Counted from the first letter of the stretch, positions 38,037-52,601 are shown. The stretch: 64,000 nt of DNA from Curvularia clavata (GCA_023920165.1 CP089274.1:4588001-4652000); one strand, 5' to 3'. Numbers and translations: made by a program. The notes: a model not told the origin generated them from the letters alone.

Positions 38037-38705
38037 TCAATCGACCCTTCTCTTGACACTCCTGCTTGCATCCTCGGTTCCCATGCCACTCACAACATTC
38101 TGCACCAGCTCTCTGAGTTGGCTCTGCACCTCTTCTGAATCGTAGTCCTCTCTTGCAGCCAGCTCCTCAATGCGCCTCCGGATTTCCGGGTCCGGTGCCT
38201 CACCAGCGTCTTCTTCCATGGTGCCCACGTTGACTTTAACACCGTTGGGCAGTGGCGGCGGCGGATGCACGCCCTCGGTTTCAACGACACCCGCGGGCAT
38301 TGGCTCTGAACCGGTTCTCTGACTCCTCAGATACTGGTATACTTCGTGTGCTTCGCCCTCTTCCTCGCCAATCTTGTCCTCGGCTGTCTGACCCTCGCTA
38401 TTCTGTATACTAATGTCTGCGCCGAGTTCCTCGACGAGGCATTTTGCGACGTCTACTTTTTCCGCAGCAAACAAGGGCGTCTCGCCGTCCTCGTCTAGGA
38501 TATTTACGTCGGCGTTATATTTTTGAACCAAGTCGCGCAGCACGGCGAGTTGGTTGTACGAGGCGGCGGCGTGGACGAGCGAGTAGCCATGGGCATCGCG
38601 GGCCGAAGCTAGGTGGGGATGCTGCGCCAGCGATGTGAGGATGGACTGTGGGCGGGTATCGATGAGGTTAAGGAGCAAGTCGATGGTTGGCGGCGGAAGC
38701 GCCAT
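38037..38705 (-). CDS. Small ankyrin-repeat protein
   Basis: DAHGYSLVHAAASYN, DEDGETPLF and GADISIQNSEGQTA. Confidence 0.9.
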   Translation of the reverse strand: MALPPPTIDLLLNLIDTRPQSILTSLAQHPHLASARDAHGYSLVHAAASYNQLAVLRDLVQKYNADVNILDEDGETPLFAAEKVDVAKCLVEELGADISIQNSEGQTAEDKIGEEEGEAHEVYQYLRSQRTGSEPMPAGVVETEGVHPPPPLPNGVKVNVGTMEEDAGEAPDPEIRRRIEELAAREDYDSEEVQSQLRELVQNVVSGMGTEDASRSVKRRVD

Positions 38706-39547
38706 GGTGGGCTGAGGCGAGCGGGTGGATGTGAAAATGTCCGAGAGCGTATCCGGCGTATGCAATACAGGATACGCAGTGCCTGGGGCTGAGTTTGGCT
38801 ACCGTCGAGCGTGGCCGCGTACACGCAATTCAGATTCGGCCCAGGCCTAAAAAAAATAACGATGGATGACGTGGGCGGAGTGCGGAGAGTCTGTCTACCC
38901 AGCATGGGTTTAGCCGGCGCCACTCGCTCCCCGGCCCTCGCACGCATCCTGGACCTTCATCGTCATCATCGCCATGGTAGCTGTACGCGGTCCCTTTGCG
39001 CTGTCCGCTGTCCGGCGTCGAATACAGAAACCGGATCAGGAACCTCAGCCTCCAAGCACATCCAAGGCGAGCAGTCAGCAAACCTCAGCCATGGACATAC
39101 GCCGCGCGCACTCCCATAGGCCACCGACGCTCTGGGCGCCTGCTGAGACGACGTCGTATCCATCTCCCTCACAGCCTCAAGCCGTCTGACTGGGCACTTG
39201 GCAGTGGTCGCGTGCTTCGTCCCCCCTTCACCCCTTCACGCCACTGCATCTACCTTTTCCTTCAACTACCAGCTACTTCCCGCTTGATGACATCTTCTGT
39301 GCTTGTACGCACAAACTATATACACGCCACACCACGACCGCCTCCTCGTCACCACGCTAGTCCAAGCCTCCCGCACATCTCTTGATACACGTGCCAAGGT
39401 CAATCCCATCTAAGCCCCCGTGTATGCGCCCGTCAATTTGATCCGTCCCGGACGCTGGTGTGCTCGTGCCAGCTAGTCGATTGAACATTTACCTCGCCCT
39501 ACCTCCGCTTCGCTGTTGTCCGTCGCATCCTCTTCACCGTGCCCAAT

Positions 39548-40846
39548 ATGCAGTCATTCAAGACAGCAAGTCGGCCGTCGTCACGGCTCATCGCATCGTA
39601 CATCTTTGATTGGATCGTCATCATCGCCATTGCTGCTGTCGCCGGCGGCTGGGAATTCCTCGAACCCTTCCGTCGACCCTTCTCCCCTGTCGATCTCAAC
39701 ATCTCGTACCCGCATCAGTTCAACGAAAAGATTCCGACATGGCTACTCGTCGTGGTTTCGCTCGTCATACCTGCCGCCATCGTCATGTTCGTGTCTCTCG
39801 TCTTTGTTCCTGGACCGACGGCTGAGCGTGGAACACCAAAGTCGCTGATTTGGAGGAGGAAGCTCTGGGAGTGGAACACGGGATGGATGGGCTTGGCTCT
39901 TTCCCTTGCCACGGCCTTTTTGATCACCCAGGGCATGAAGAACCTGTTTGGAAAGCCGAGACCGGATCTGCTCTCGAGATGCAAGCCCGACCTCGATCGC
40001 ATTGCCGAATTCGCTATCAACCCCGTTGTCAACGATGTCTTTGATCCCGCTTGGGTACTTGTTACTTCTGGTATCTGTACCCAGACAGACAACGACCTTC
40101 TGAAAGACGGATTCAAATCGTTCCCCAGCGGACACTCTAGCTGTAAGCTACCTTTCCAAGTTCCATCCATCAGCTTTCACTAACCTAGTACAGTCTCATG
40201 GGCTGGCCTCCTCTACCTCACCCTCTTCCTCGCCTCAAAATTCTCCGTCGCAATTCCCTTCCTCCCGCACCGTCCCTTCTCGACCAACCCCGCCTGGACC
40301 TCCGCTGTAACGCCCTCCAACCTAAAAAAACAAGCCACCCTCCCTATGCACAAGCAAGACACATCCCTCTCGTCCCCAACCTCCTACGCCGACGATGCCG
40401 TAGTACCCATCCGTTACCAAAACGCCGCACCACCCGTCTACACACTTGTCCTCATCCTTGTCCCCATCTGCGCCGCCATCTACATTACCAGCACTCGCTA
40501 CACCGACTTCCGCCACTTTGGCTTCGACATGCTGTTCGGCTCCCTCATCGGCATCACCTGCGCCTGGTTCTCCTTCCGCTGGTATCACCTTCCCATTACT
40601 AGAGGCGCTGGCTGGGCTTGGGGTCCTCGTAGCTACGAGCGCGCGTGGGGCATTGGCGTTGGTCGGGGCTCGTACGTCGGCACAGAAGGGTGGAGCAAGT
40701 CTGGGGCCAGGAAAAGGACAGACGCACGTGCTGTGCATTCGGTCGACGAAAGCGAACTCGGTGTCTTGAACTCAAATGGCGTCCCACATGCGGGGAACCC
40801 GCCTAGTTCGAGGCATTCGAGGACGCCGGGCTCACATGACGTTTAG
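39548..40846 (+). CDS. PAP2-family lipid phosphate phosphatase (Dpp1-like)
   Basis: KNLFGKPRP, SFPSGH and TRYTDFRHFGFD motifs; one intron at about 40143-40193. Confidence 0.9.
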
Positions 40847-41637
40847 GGTTTTGAACCTTTTGTCCTTTTTGCAGTATCAAAATGTTGGTAATATAAGCAA
40901 TATACGGGGTAGGATGCAATGTTGGATTTATACAGTAAAAAAAGCACCCCTACGTTCCCGAGTAAACGGAAAGGAAGACGTTTATATACGAGACGACTAC
41001 GACGAATTGTAATTAGATATCCCTGTCAATATGCAGTTTCCCTGTTCATAGATCGAACGTCTATTTAGTTTTTATCTGTCAGCCGATTTTAATCACGCAA
41101 GAGTATATCCTCTTGGTCTTGTGTACATGAATGCAGTAGTGATAATATATCCATGGATCCGCAAAAGCCAGCAGCAAATAGGTCTATGTGAAATGAAGCA
41201 AGATACCGTCGTAGAAAACTCACACACAACCTAGAAAGACGCAGGACCGACGTCAAGATGTTACAAAACAACGTGTACTTGACCTACCAGCAGAGAGAAT
41301 CGGAGGTAAAACAAGGAAATGTCGCTCTGGGTGTTTGTCGCTTTGGGCTGTATCTTGTCATGGCAAATTCGACTGTGCTTTTTCATGGTGCTCCTATATA
41401 TGCCTCCCTCCCTCCCTCTCTCTCTCTTTCTCCACCCACCTGGCATTTGAATACCCTTTCGAGGTAGACGTTAATGCCAGATATTGACTTGTTGTGTTGA
41501 AAACATGTAACTTCCCACCTCTTTATCTGCTGCGTTTCGGCTAACACATGACCGCTAGGGTACACGATTCTTAGACGATGTCGCAGGGGGCTAGCGCTAT
41601 CCAGCTGCTGTATAGCGCCGGCCATCGAAACAGGACT

Positions 41638-42492
41638 TTACTGGCCCTTCTTTCCCCTGGCCCTCTCCTCGTCCCTCTTGCGGTAAATCATAGCCGTGAA
41701 TGGGTCCTCCCACTTGCACGCAATCGAATACGCAGTCCAGACAAGTCCGGACAGCAAGATGCCGGCGGGCTTGCCGTACCAGATGGCAGACGCCAAGAAA
41801 GACATGGTGGAGCCATGGTACATGGGGGAGCTGGAGACATTGAAAGGGAACGTCGTTACGGGCTCGTCCATGAGAATTCCAAAGTAGTCGCCCAAGTAGG
41901 TACCGGTGACACCGAGCGCCCACATGGAAGTCAGGACGAGCGTGTTTCCAGTTAAAAAGAGCGGGATGGCGGAGTACTTGATCGCAGGGGATAGGAGAGT
42001 TGGGTGGGTGGGTTGGTCTGCAAGAGCTTCGGTGTAGCTGAGTGGGGTTAGTAAGTGAAGTCGGTAGATGCGTCCACGAATGGCTTTGTCGTCTGGGTAC
42101 GTACAGGTAGTCTCTGAAGATACCGAGCGAGAAGATGGTTACGGCGAGCGCATAGCAGCCAAGTCGTGAGTTACCACCGAACAGCTTGGTGATAACCTTG
42201 TTGTGGTATTCTGTCCCTCGTCAGACCAATGGCTCTCTCACGTACTCTCCTTTCGCTGCCTGTAGCAACAAAGATACATTACATACCCTGCTGAGCTGCA
42301 ATGCTACCGGATGTGTTAGTACATTCCGCAACCTCTTGACAGCGCCAACTTACTTCCAAAACGTCGGATTGAACGCAATGCTAGCCGCAGATACTGTTGC
42401 CTTGTCAGTTGTCGCATTCACAAAGAAAGGCAGCTTGGATCGCAATACTTACTCCAGAAGCTAGGCTTGCTGAAGTCGATGTATTCGCTCAT
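41638..42492 (-). CDS. OPI3: Phospholipid N-methyltransferase Opi3/PEMT
   Basis: IAFNPTFWN, LGVTGTYLGDYFGILM, PMYHGS and EDPFTAMIY, with a KKxx tail; short exons including a 17-nt one at 42287-42303. Confidence 0.95.
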
Positions 42493-42918
42493 GATTGCAA
42501 AGTTGACGCGAAGGTTCTTGCACAAAGGCGAGTCGAGCGTAGCTGAGAGAGAAGGATGAAAGAGCCCCGTGTTCAGAGGGATGTGGGGGATGTTGCCAGT
42601 TTACCGAGCATGTGTTGGTCGGCAGATGTGGAACTAGCGAACGTCATAGCTCGGCTTAGGCTTTGTGGGCGAACTGTCCGAGGACGTGGGGAGCGTCACG
42701 TGTAAAACATGGGTATTACCTTGTTCTCATTACTACAGAAGGCTGTGTGAAGAGAATAAGAAAAAATCCTGAACTGTGGGCCTGAATGTTTTTCCAACTA
42801 TGTAATCTTGTGTATTATGTATCTCTGACGTTTTTTTTATTTCACTGGCGCACTTATACTGTTCCAACCAGCCTGAACGAAGATCTTACATCTACCAACC
42901 CTCAACAACAACGCTCTA

Positions 42919-44607
42919 CTACAAGCCATTATCGGCGCATGTAAATGGTCCTCCAAATCCATCGGCTTTGTAACCGTCAATGATTGACTGAACCGTCGCA
43001 TACGTTCCTGCAGTAAGGAAGAGCAGGCCAATAAGGCAAAGTACAATATTGAAGAAGAAACCAAAGAATCCACGGAAACCACGCGTCCTCCAGTAGTTTG
43101 GTCCATACTTCTCGGAGCGGAGTTGAAAGTATGCGGCGCCCCAGAAGATGAAGCCAAAGAATGAATCAAAGAGCGAACTCATGAGCGACAACAAGTCGGA
43201 GAAGAATGGAATGACTTCGGCAATAATGAAAGCGAGGATCCAGAGCGCCGCGAGAATAGCAGTCCATGTGAGCCATCCAGTCGCGGTATGGCCGGTCCTG
43301 TGTCGCGAAGTAGGCCCGAAGATACGGAACAGCACGAAGCGTGCAGTCACTGAAGCGTACAGAACACCGAGAAAGATGATAGTAGGTACCATGAATGTGA
43401 ACGACACCTTCTTGTAGACCTCGTTGGAGATGGAGCCAAAAGCCGGCGATGTCATGTAGTTGGTGCCCGTGTATCCGTACACAACGCCTCCAACCAGAGA
43501 AAAGACGATGATCTCACAGATGGTGACAGCCCAGAGCGCCTTTGGGAAATCCTTGGGATCCCTCATCTCAGCAATAAAGCTGGGAAGAGTGATTTGGCCA
43601 ATGAATGTGTAGGAAATATTCATGAATGCGCTCATTCCAAGGACAAAGGTGGTGCCGGCTGGAGGCACAGCATAAACTTCGAGCTCGCCCTTGCTTGGGT
43701 AACCTGCGGGCTTCTTGTCGACACCTGAGAACGCTGCGGCGAGAATGACCGAGATGAAGGTGAATAAGGCAGAGGCGCTTGCTAGGGTTGCCAGGGTGTT
43801 GAATGTGCGAGGAAGAGAGGCCACGAATGAAATAATGGCAGTGATGGCGGCGAAGACAATGGTGCATACGCCGTGTCCGGTGATGGTATTCCACCATTTA
43901 GCTCCTACCAGGCAATGCAATCCCATGATAAAGACATCTGACGAGCGTTAGCAGAATGCAGTGAAAATAAGAACTTGCATGTGACAGCGAGGCCTTTGCA
44001 GCAGCAATTCCATGCAACTGGTCCGGCGACTCGAGCCCAAGCAGGGATGCTGGCTTACTGTTCAGGACGAACATGACCGCAGTAGCGTAAAAAGCCCATT
44101 TCTTCTTCCAGAAAAGCATCTGGCCAATGTCACAGACATCTCGAATCTGGGGATGGCGCATGCAGAACTCCCTGGTATAGCGTAAGTGGGTAATTCTGTT
44201 AAATATCCAGAAAAGATTGCTTACCATGTAATCAACGAAGTGTACAGCACAAGACCCGCGACCACACAGGTCAGAATCAATCCCGGCACGAGACCAAGGA
44301 CAGAGTAAGACCAGGGAAACGACATGATGGCCAAGCAAATATACTCGGAAAACAACAGCGCTGCAGTCTTCTTCCAGCTGCAAGTTCGGTACTTGATCGC
44401 ATTGTTGGCCTCTAGTTCAATCTGCCTGCCAATGGTGAAACTAGCATCCGAGTTATCATCGCTGGTGGGCGCGGTAATTCCTTTTGCGACGGCAGCTTCC
44501 GGGTCGTAATTCTTGTCTTGCTCGTTGGCAACCTTCTCGTTGCTACTGCTTTGGCTGGTATTATCGGATGGCGATGCCTTGCGGCCCAAGAAAGTCTTCA
44601 ACGCCAT
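42919..44607 (-). CDS. AAAP-family neutral amino acid permease (Mtr-like)
   Basis: IKYRTCSWKKTAALLFSEYICLAIMSFPWS and FIAEMRDPKDFPKAL; multiple TM segments; 2 introns. Confidence 0.9.
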
Positions 44608-46047
44608 TTCAAGCAGCGGATACACCTCTTGAAGGGTTTACTGTAAAAACAAATGAGAGAGACCGGTTGCGGGAGCATTAATTGCGCCGTTGAGCAGGGG
44701 AATAAATGTCCTAGGGTAAAGAAGCGAGTGAACTCAAGGGTCGAGGGAACCTGGCATGCGGATCGTTATATAGGGTTGTGGCGGCGGGGGGAGGGGGCCA
44801 AAAGGTGATGGATGGCGAGGAGTTTGTACCGGGATGGCTAGTCGATAATCAGCGGGGTGGGAAAGTCAGAAGTTCGGTGAAGGCGAACAGGGAAAGTGTT
44901 CGAGTGGAGTCGCTTCCCAGTCTGTTGGGCCGCAGAGCCTATGATGTGCCACGCTATGATTGCGACAAGTCAAACACCTCCCGCTATGAAATTCCAGCAA
45001 ATCCATGGCCGCCAGTGCCGCTTCGCGCTTCGTAACCGTGGCTTAGCTTCTGTCGAGGCGGCGCGGTGCCGCCGTGTTTGGTTCTGGTCTGCAGACGGCT
45101 GCTTAGTAGAGTACTCGAGCAGGGTGGAGAGATGAGTAGGTACCTTTGCAGCACCATGCACGTTCCAGGCAGACCTAGACTAACAGCCTCGACAGATTGC
45201 CTCCAGGCCGGGACTTACGACGACAATACGGTATCCAAAGCCGATAGCCGTTACGGGAGCCCACACAGCGCAAGAACCAGCCATCCTGATGTCACAGTGG
45301 CGCCCACTAGGCTCCCCGGCTAAGCTCCACGTTCAAGGCCTGTTAAGCTCGACTTGGCGTGCTTAGTCTACCGCTATTCGCTGTAACCCAAGCCTCGCCA
45401 ATCCTACGTGGAGGGCAAAGCATTCTCCATGCCTTGCTTATCTCCAGTCGCTACTGAACAATGGCACGTTTGCGCCTTCGACCTCATGGGATAGCTTTGA
45501 CGCCGCGGATGTACTATCTGCGCTTGTTAGTCGCTCGCTCGCCATATTGCGTGCTCGTCACCTGATAATAGCGTCATCGGCGTGGGCGCGTTAGGTACGC
45601 AGGGCTGCTTGGCTTTCTTAGGAACCCATAAGCCTCTTCTAGTGGCGTTCGAGGCTACAGGTGTACCGTTGCTATAAAAACGAGATGGTAGGCTTCAGTG
45701 GCCAGCAACGATAGCAGTGGCAACTCCAACTCCTTACAGCTGCCTCGCTATGGCCACGCGCTCTTGATGACAGCCTCGTCTCTTTCGTAGAGATAGTAGG
45801 TGGTGTCGCAAACTTTTGTATTATCCTGTTCTCTATGACCTACACGGACAGTTTGATCTGCCACTTTCAGAAACACTGTTGGAACATTCTCTCCTTGTCC
45901 TCCTTCACTTAAAAGAAAGAGACAAATACACATAGCATTCATCACTCTCTGAGTATTGCACGTAGGATAAAGAGAAGAAAAGAAAACGCCTCCGCTAACA
46001 TCGATCACGAACAAGCACATCTTTCCGTCTCCGCGTTAACCAACAAC

Positions 46048-49000
46048 TTAAATGAGACTATCTCCTCCACTACCCCAGTTCATCGGCTGCTGAGGTTTCT
46101 GCTGCTGTTGCTGTGGCTGTTGGGCCTGTGTCTGCGCCCTCAAACTCGCCATACTGTTGTTCATTCCCATGCCCATACCCATACTACTCGTCGAGCTCGC
46201 CGTCCTACTGCCCATTCCAGGTGGAGGCGGTATACTGAACGTGCTGCTACCGCTGCTCATAGTCGACTTCAGCGGCGGCGGTGCAATGCTGAACGACGAA
46301 TAAGGGTTCGACTGAGCTTGAGACTGTGCAGGCGGTGGTGCCATGGCGGGGAAGCTTGAAAACGAAGACGTGTTCATAGATGAAGAGTTGGCTGCTTTGC
46401 TCCAGTCGATACCTGAACTTGGTGTCATGGTGCTGATACTGGGAGATATGACACTGTTCATGCTCATTGCTGGTCTTTGCTGCTGTTGAGGCTGTGTAAA
46501 AGATGAGCTGCCAATACCAGGGTTGGCTGCACTCAGAGCTGGGAAGGACGAATTGAGTGAGCTTAATGTGTTGTCGGGTGTCACGGAGCGGCCCTGCGGC
46601 TTGGGGGCCGAGAGATTTGGATTTGGTGGAGGTGACACTGGAGGAGTAGACCATGAGAAGGTGGCTGCCGGGGAAGCGTTGTTGGACCTCATGCGGTTGT
46701 TCGCTGGTCGTGAGGGGAGAACTGTCGAGGACGCCGCAGATGACGGAGCGTTTGCCCATGGGTCTCCTCCAAGCATATCTGTGCCACCAGAAGATCCTTG
46801 CTGTCCACCACGTACGAGTGCTTCAAAATCTGCATCTCCTTCTCCGTTGCTCGTGTCAAAGCCGTTGCTGGCAGGTGGGCCTCCAAACGTCATAAACTCG
46901 TTACGTGTGGTTGCTGTTGAGCTGTTTGCGCCCAGCTCTTGTAGTTTTCTGGTCTGCTCATTCTCCACACGTGCTGATGTCGACTTGATGAGACTCATGT
47001 ACGCTTGGAATTGCTGAAGGTTGAGCAATGGCCCTAAACTGAATTGCCACAGAATGGGCAGAACGTCCATGGCTAAGAAATCGCTGTCGACCTGGGTGCT
47101 GATAGCGCTGAATACATCTAGCGCCGCCATCTGTCACAGTAAGCTTCTGTTTGAGGTTCGTGTAGTTGAACATACCATTACTGCAGGCTCCTTTGTCTTG
47201 ATAGCACGAAGCAGCGGAACCACCTTTTCTTGGATAGTGTACTTGTCCAGGATCGATACGTTGGAGCTTTTGGCCTTGGGTGCTGCGACCATGCCTGTCA
47301 GGCCATCACCCTGATAGTCGTCTTGCTGTTCATTCATGCCACCACCGCAAAGAGTCTTGAATGCTTCTAGGCCTCGGATCTTGATACCCATGCTGCTAGT
47401 CTTTGCAAAAATACTGGCTATAACAGGGAACAGCTCGTTCTTGACAGTTGAGAAGTCGAGAATCGGCAGGACGACGGGCAGAGTACGCAGGGCAGCATCG
47501 ACTAGTGAGTGGGTAGGAGATTCAAGAGCATAGTTGACAATAGGCAAGATTTCATCTTTGAACTCCTTGCCACTGCAGTTGTCGGCAGCGACCTGTATAT
47601 TCTCGAGCACCACCATGAGCCCAGCTTCCTTCAGACTATCTCTCTCCTGGCCTGGTGCTTTGGGGTTCGCCGCTGCAGGATTGAGAAATGTCTCTCGCAG
47701 CTTGGGAATGACCTTTTCGGTGAAAGCTCGCTTGCCGGACGGAAGCATAGTGATGATCTTGAACACGTTCTGGAGGATGAGTGTAAGGAGTTCCCGATCC
47801 TTCATCTCTTCAAGCAGAGCGGGCAGTATCTTTTTATCTATCACAGACTTGGGGAACTGGTTCAATATGCGTGGCAGGCCCCTCATGAATTGCGATTTTT
47901 CATTGGGCGTCTTTGCTGGTAGTGAGTCCAGGAAACGGATAGTGGACACGAGAATGTTGTCAAAGTATTGTGCCTGTTGGAACTCACGGGCGTCGAGCCG
48001 CTGAGCAGGTCGTCTGGTGATCAAACGATCCAACACACCATTGGTGATATCCCGTGGCAGCGGTTGCGACGACATGAAGTTATTAGTTTTGCTGGGAACC
48101 GAAGAAGAAGACGAAAAGGCTCGCTTGTAGGAGGAAGAGCTTCCATTGAACTCCAATGGGCTCTTGTGCGGCGAATTGTATAGTGCGATGATGAGCATGC
48201 CCAGACTAAACATGTCTGCTGCTGGTGTGATGTTGTTATCCATGACAAAGTCGGGCGAGGTATAATCGAGATTGAGTTGAACATGGCGAGGAAGTCGAGC
48301 GTCGTAGTTGAGGACTTCGGAAAGCGAGATTGGCGTTACCGACGTGGGTTTGGTGGAATTCTCGGGGGGTGTTGAGAAGCCTAGGCCTGATATTTTCCAA
48401 TCAGACTATCACCACGATCAGTAAGCTGCTCTCGAGGTATGTATGGTATTGCTACTGCCTACTTTTGCGTTGATAAAAATGGCATCAGGCGTCAGATTGG
48501 CATGTACCAAGCCTGCGCTCTCATGCAAGAACTCGAGACCTTTTGCGATCTGTAACAACCCCTTTTGTATCTCAAGCTCATCAATCTCGAGTTCACGCCT
48601 GCGCTTCTGGCCGTCCGCTTCCTCAACGACATAGCGACTGCGACGTCCTCCCACACCGCCGGCCTTCTCCTGTTCGTCTTTGTCCAGTAACAAACCAGAA
48701 AGTGATGCTGTGACGGGCTCTGTTGCGAACATGAGGCCCCCACCGCGCGTCTCCTCGACAGGCTCAGCCAACTCCAAGATGCTCGGGTGCCGTAATCTCG
48801 CGAGCGAGCTGGCCTCTTTCTTGAGCCGCTCGACAACTTCTTCATGTGCCCGCTTGAGCCCCGAGGCAGCCGAGCGGCCGCCAAAGCCAGCGCCAGCCGG
48901 CGGTTCCAACGACTTCTTCTCAAAGACAAAGACGGAGGCGGCCTTGCCCGTCGACTTCTTCTTTGCGTCGTATATCTTCCATGGCCCAGAGTAGGACGTG

Positions 49001-49068
49001 GGCTGTGGGCTCAGGGTATAGTTGCTCGAAATGTTCGATGTAAAGGACTTTAGGGCGTTGGAGAACAT
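46048..49068 (-). CDS. SCY1: SCY1-like pseudokinase with HEAT repeats
   Basis: GPWKIYDAKKK, LARLRHPSIL, LVHANLTP and DWKISGLGF, followed by a HEAT region and low-complexity tail; 2 introns. Confidence 0.92.
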
Positions 49069-49714
49069 GGTGCTCGTGGTCTAGTCGCCCGCGCGACAAT
49101 ATCGTGGACGTAGGGCGAGGGCGTCATGGACTGTGGTGTTGGGCGTAGAGAGTGGATTCGCGCAGGGCTCTGAGACTGACAGCTGGCTCCGCGAAGTCAG
49201 GGCATCTCAGACGTCAACCGTGTTTCCGCAAGGCGCGTCGCACCGTGTGGGCAGCGAGCGGATCGTCAATGGGCGTAGTATGTAGGTGGATGGTCGAGGC
49301 CAAGTGTTGGACCCCACGCGAGCTGTGGAGTAACTGTAGCTATTGCTGGGACCAGGGCATCCTTAGTGTCCGCCGCATGCATGCACGTCGAGGCGCACAG
49401 CGTGAATGCGGCCGCCGACGTCGCCGCTGTCGCATGCACTCGCAGGCCGCACCAACGCCTCGAGGTACGCGAATAACCCCAAATATCCGCCTTTGTCATG
49501 GCCAGCTGTCAGCCGCGCCCTTTTGTATATTGTCATGGCGGTGAGGGTGGGCTTGATTGCCGATGACTCTTCGCGCCTCCGTTGTAGGGGCTCCGATATC
49601 TCGAGCCGTCGGTCAGCTTCGGTTTTATACTAAAGTTCAATACCAAACCTCGCCCTCCCACTCGCACCACCACTCCACAACCACTCTGATTCTGCACGAG
49701 CAGCTCCCCCCACA

Positions 49715-51109
49715 ATGCTTCAGCAACGGTCTTCACGATTGATCTCTTCGCTGTCCCATTGCGCCTTTCGCGCGCCTGTAACTGCGCTGCGATGTCGGAG
49801 CCAGCGCATGCCCTACAGCATTCACGCTGACGCAGCGGTTGGCAACAAGATTCGGGACATTGATCCCACCCAGCTCAGCATCACCAGGACGACGACGCCA
49901 AAGGACTTGATGCCCCCGGAGGAACTCGTCTTTGGTCGCAACTTCTCAGGTAGTAGCCCCTACGCCACTGCGTCGCCCCATCTGACACTCAATCCCAAGA
50001 CCACATGCTCTCGCTCGAATGGACTGCAACTCAAGGATGGCTCCCACCACGCATCACGCCCTACCAGAACCTCAGTCTCGATCCCGCTACCTGCGTCTTC
50101 CACTATGCGTTCGAGTGCTTCGAGGGAATGAAGGCCTACAAGGACAAGAGCGGCAACATTCGGCTTTTCAGGCCGGATAAGAACATGGCCAGGTTGAACA
50201 AGTCATCGGCACGAATTGCGCTGCCTACCTTTGACCCCGATGCCCTGACTGAGCTCATTGGCAAGTTTGTCAAGGAGGACGAGCGTTTTGTTCCAGAGTA
50301 TGTTTCTTGAGCCTTGTATGCACCACATAACTGATTGCATGGCAGTGCGCGAGGATACTCTCTCTACCTTCGCCCCACCATGATTGGTACCCAGCGCACC
50401 CTCGGTGTCGGCCCACCTGCCTCCGCGCTCCTCTACGTGATTGCTTCGCCCGTTGGCCCCTACTATCCCACCGGTTTCAAGGCCATCTCGCTTGAGGCTA
50501 CCGACTACGCTGTACGTGCCTGGCCAGGAGGCGTCGGAGACAAGAAGCTCGGCGCCAACTATGCCCCTTGCATTGTGCCCCAGATGCAAGCTGCCAGCCG
50601 TGGATTCCACCAGAACCTCTGGTTGTTTGGCGAGGAGGAGTACGTTACTGAAGTCGGCACCATGAACCTGTTTGCCGCAATCAAGAACAAGGAGACCGGA
50701 AAGCCGGAGCTGCTCACTGCACCACTTGACGGTACAATCCTCGAGGGAGTCACGCGCGACTCCATCCTTGAGCTTGCGCGAGAGCGGTTGGAGCCCAAGG
50801 GCTGGACTGTGACTGAGCGCAAATTCACCATGAAGGAAGTGGCCGATGCCGCTGACGAGGGTCGCATGATGGAGATTTTCGGCGCAGGAACTGCTGCCAT
50901 TGTCGCCCCTGTCCGAAAGATTAGCTGGAAGGGCCGTCTGATTGACTGTGGACTCGAGGATCACGTCGAAGCCGGCTCTGTTGCCCAGCAGATGAAGGAA
51001 TGGATGGAGGCGATCCAGTATGGTGATGAGGAACACCCATGGAGGTATGTGCTCTGCAGCCATTATCTTAACATACTCGCTGACACATCGCAGTTACAAG
51101 GTTATCTGA
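49715..51109 (+). CDS. BAT1: Branched-chain amino acid aminotransferase, mitochondrial presequence
   Basis: [41 protein letters not shown] and GAGTAA; 3 introns. Confidence 0.93.
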
Positions 51110-51560
51110 AGAACGAAGAATTGATGGGTCTACTCATATTTAATGCTATTTTGTCCAGGCATGTGACGGGTAGACATGATAAAAGAACATTTCCATATCC
51201 TAGGCACATAGATTTATGCGAACAAGTATAGAAGACGGTGTCTTTAGCGTACAGCCAAGAGGCGTCATATGTTAATGTGCCGCCTAAAGCGGGAGCATGG
51301 TGACTGTGCTAATGAAGTATGTTGACAGTGGGGTAACGACATGGACAGCGGTGCCTGACTGCATGACGCTCCTAACTAGCTCGTAGCTCCCGAGCTCATA
51401 GCACAACCCCCAACCCAAGCTCATTGCGCTGTTTCTCTCCGCCCACACGCTCTGCCCACGTCCGACTGCCGTCCAATTCCCCGCCAGAGTTGCGCCGCCC
51501 GCTCGCTTGTCAATATCGCCAGCACACGTCTTTTCGCACATCTCCCCCGCAGCTCACACA

Positions 51561-52601
51561 ATGCTGGCTGGCGCACTCTGCCGCTTGGCAGCCGACGTTC
51601 CCAGAGCGTCCCCACACGACATGCCGCACCTCGCACGCCACCTTGGTCGCGCGCTCCTCGCTCGCAATGCCGCTGAACCCTCCACCGCCCGCGCCTTCTC
51701 GCGCGCTTTCGCCTATGCGCTCTACTCCCGCCGCTCCTATGCTACGACCACGCGCGCAACCAAGCCGACTGCGACGGTGAAGAAGGCGGTCAAGGCTGCC
51801 TCCAAGACCCCGCCAAAGAAGAAGGCTGCGTCAGCAACCAAGACGACCGCAAAGAAGCCAGCCGCGAAAAAAGCAAAGAAGAAGGCGACCAAGAAGCCTG
51901 CCGCCCAGAAGCGTGTCAAGAAGGTCCTCACCGAGGAAGAGAAGGAAAAGGTCAAGATACGCGAGTTGCGTGCCAAGGCTCTCAAGGAGCCCTTCTCGCA
52001 AAGGGGGGTAACAGCCTACAATGTCTTTATTGCTGAAATCTCTGCTGGCAAGGGAGACGGCAAAGACCAAACCACAAGGATCACTGAAGCCACCAAGGAA
52101 TTCAAGAACCTGACACCCGCCCAGCTCGAGGTAAGTCCAGAGCCTCAATCCAGCACAATTGCTAAACATACATACTGACTGCCATACCAGCACTACAACC
52201 ACCTCGCTAGCGAGAAGAACGCGGCCAGGAAAGCAGAGTTCGACAAGTGGCTCAAGTCGCACACTCCAGAGCAGATTAGAATTGCCAACCTTGCTCGTGC
52301 CCAGTTGCGCAAGAAACTCGCGGGTACCCAGAAACGCATGCCTGCTCACACTGCCAAACTCAACGACGACCGACGTGTCAAGTCTGCACCAACCCCCTAC
52401 ATTGTCTTCTCCAAGGCCAGGCACGCCAGCGGCGACATGAAGGGCATTGCTGTAACCGAGGCTGCCAAGCTGATTGCCAATGAGTGGAAGGCGTTGAGCG
52501 AGAGCGAGAAGAAGGTATGTTGTTGAGAAAAGACCAGGGTGAGATGTTTGCTAACGAGAGTGTAGAAATACCAAGACGAAGCTCAGGCTGCTAGGCAGTA
52601 G
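51561..52601 (+). CDS. Mitochondrial HMG-box protein (Abf2/mtHMG1-like)
   Basis: Arg-rich presequence, K/A-rich tract and two HMG boxes (TAYNVF..FKNLTPAQ; PTPYIVF..WKALSESEKK); 2 introns. Confidence 0.8.
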
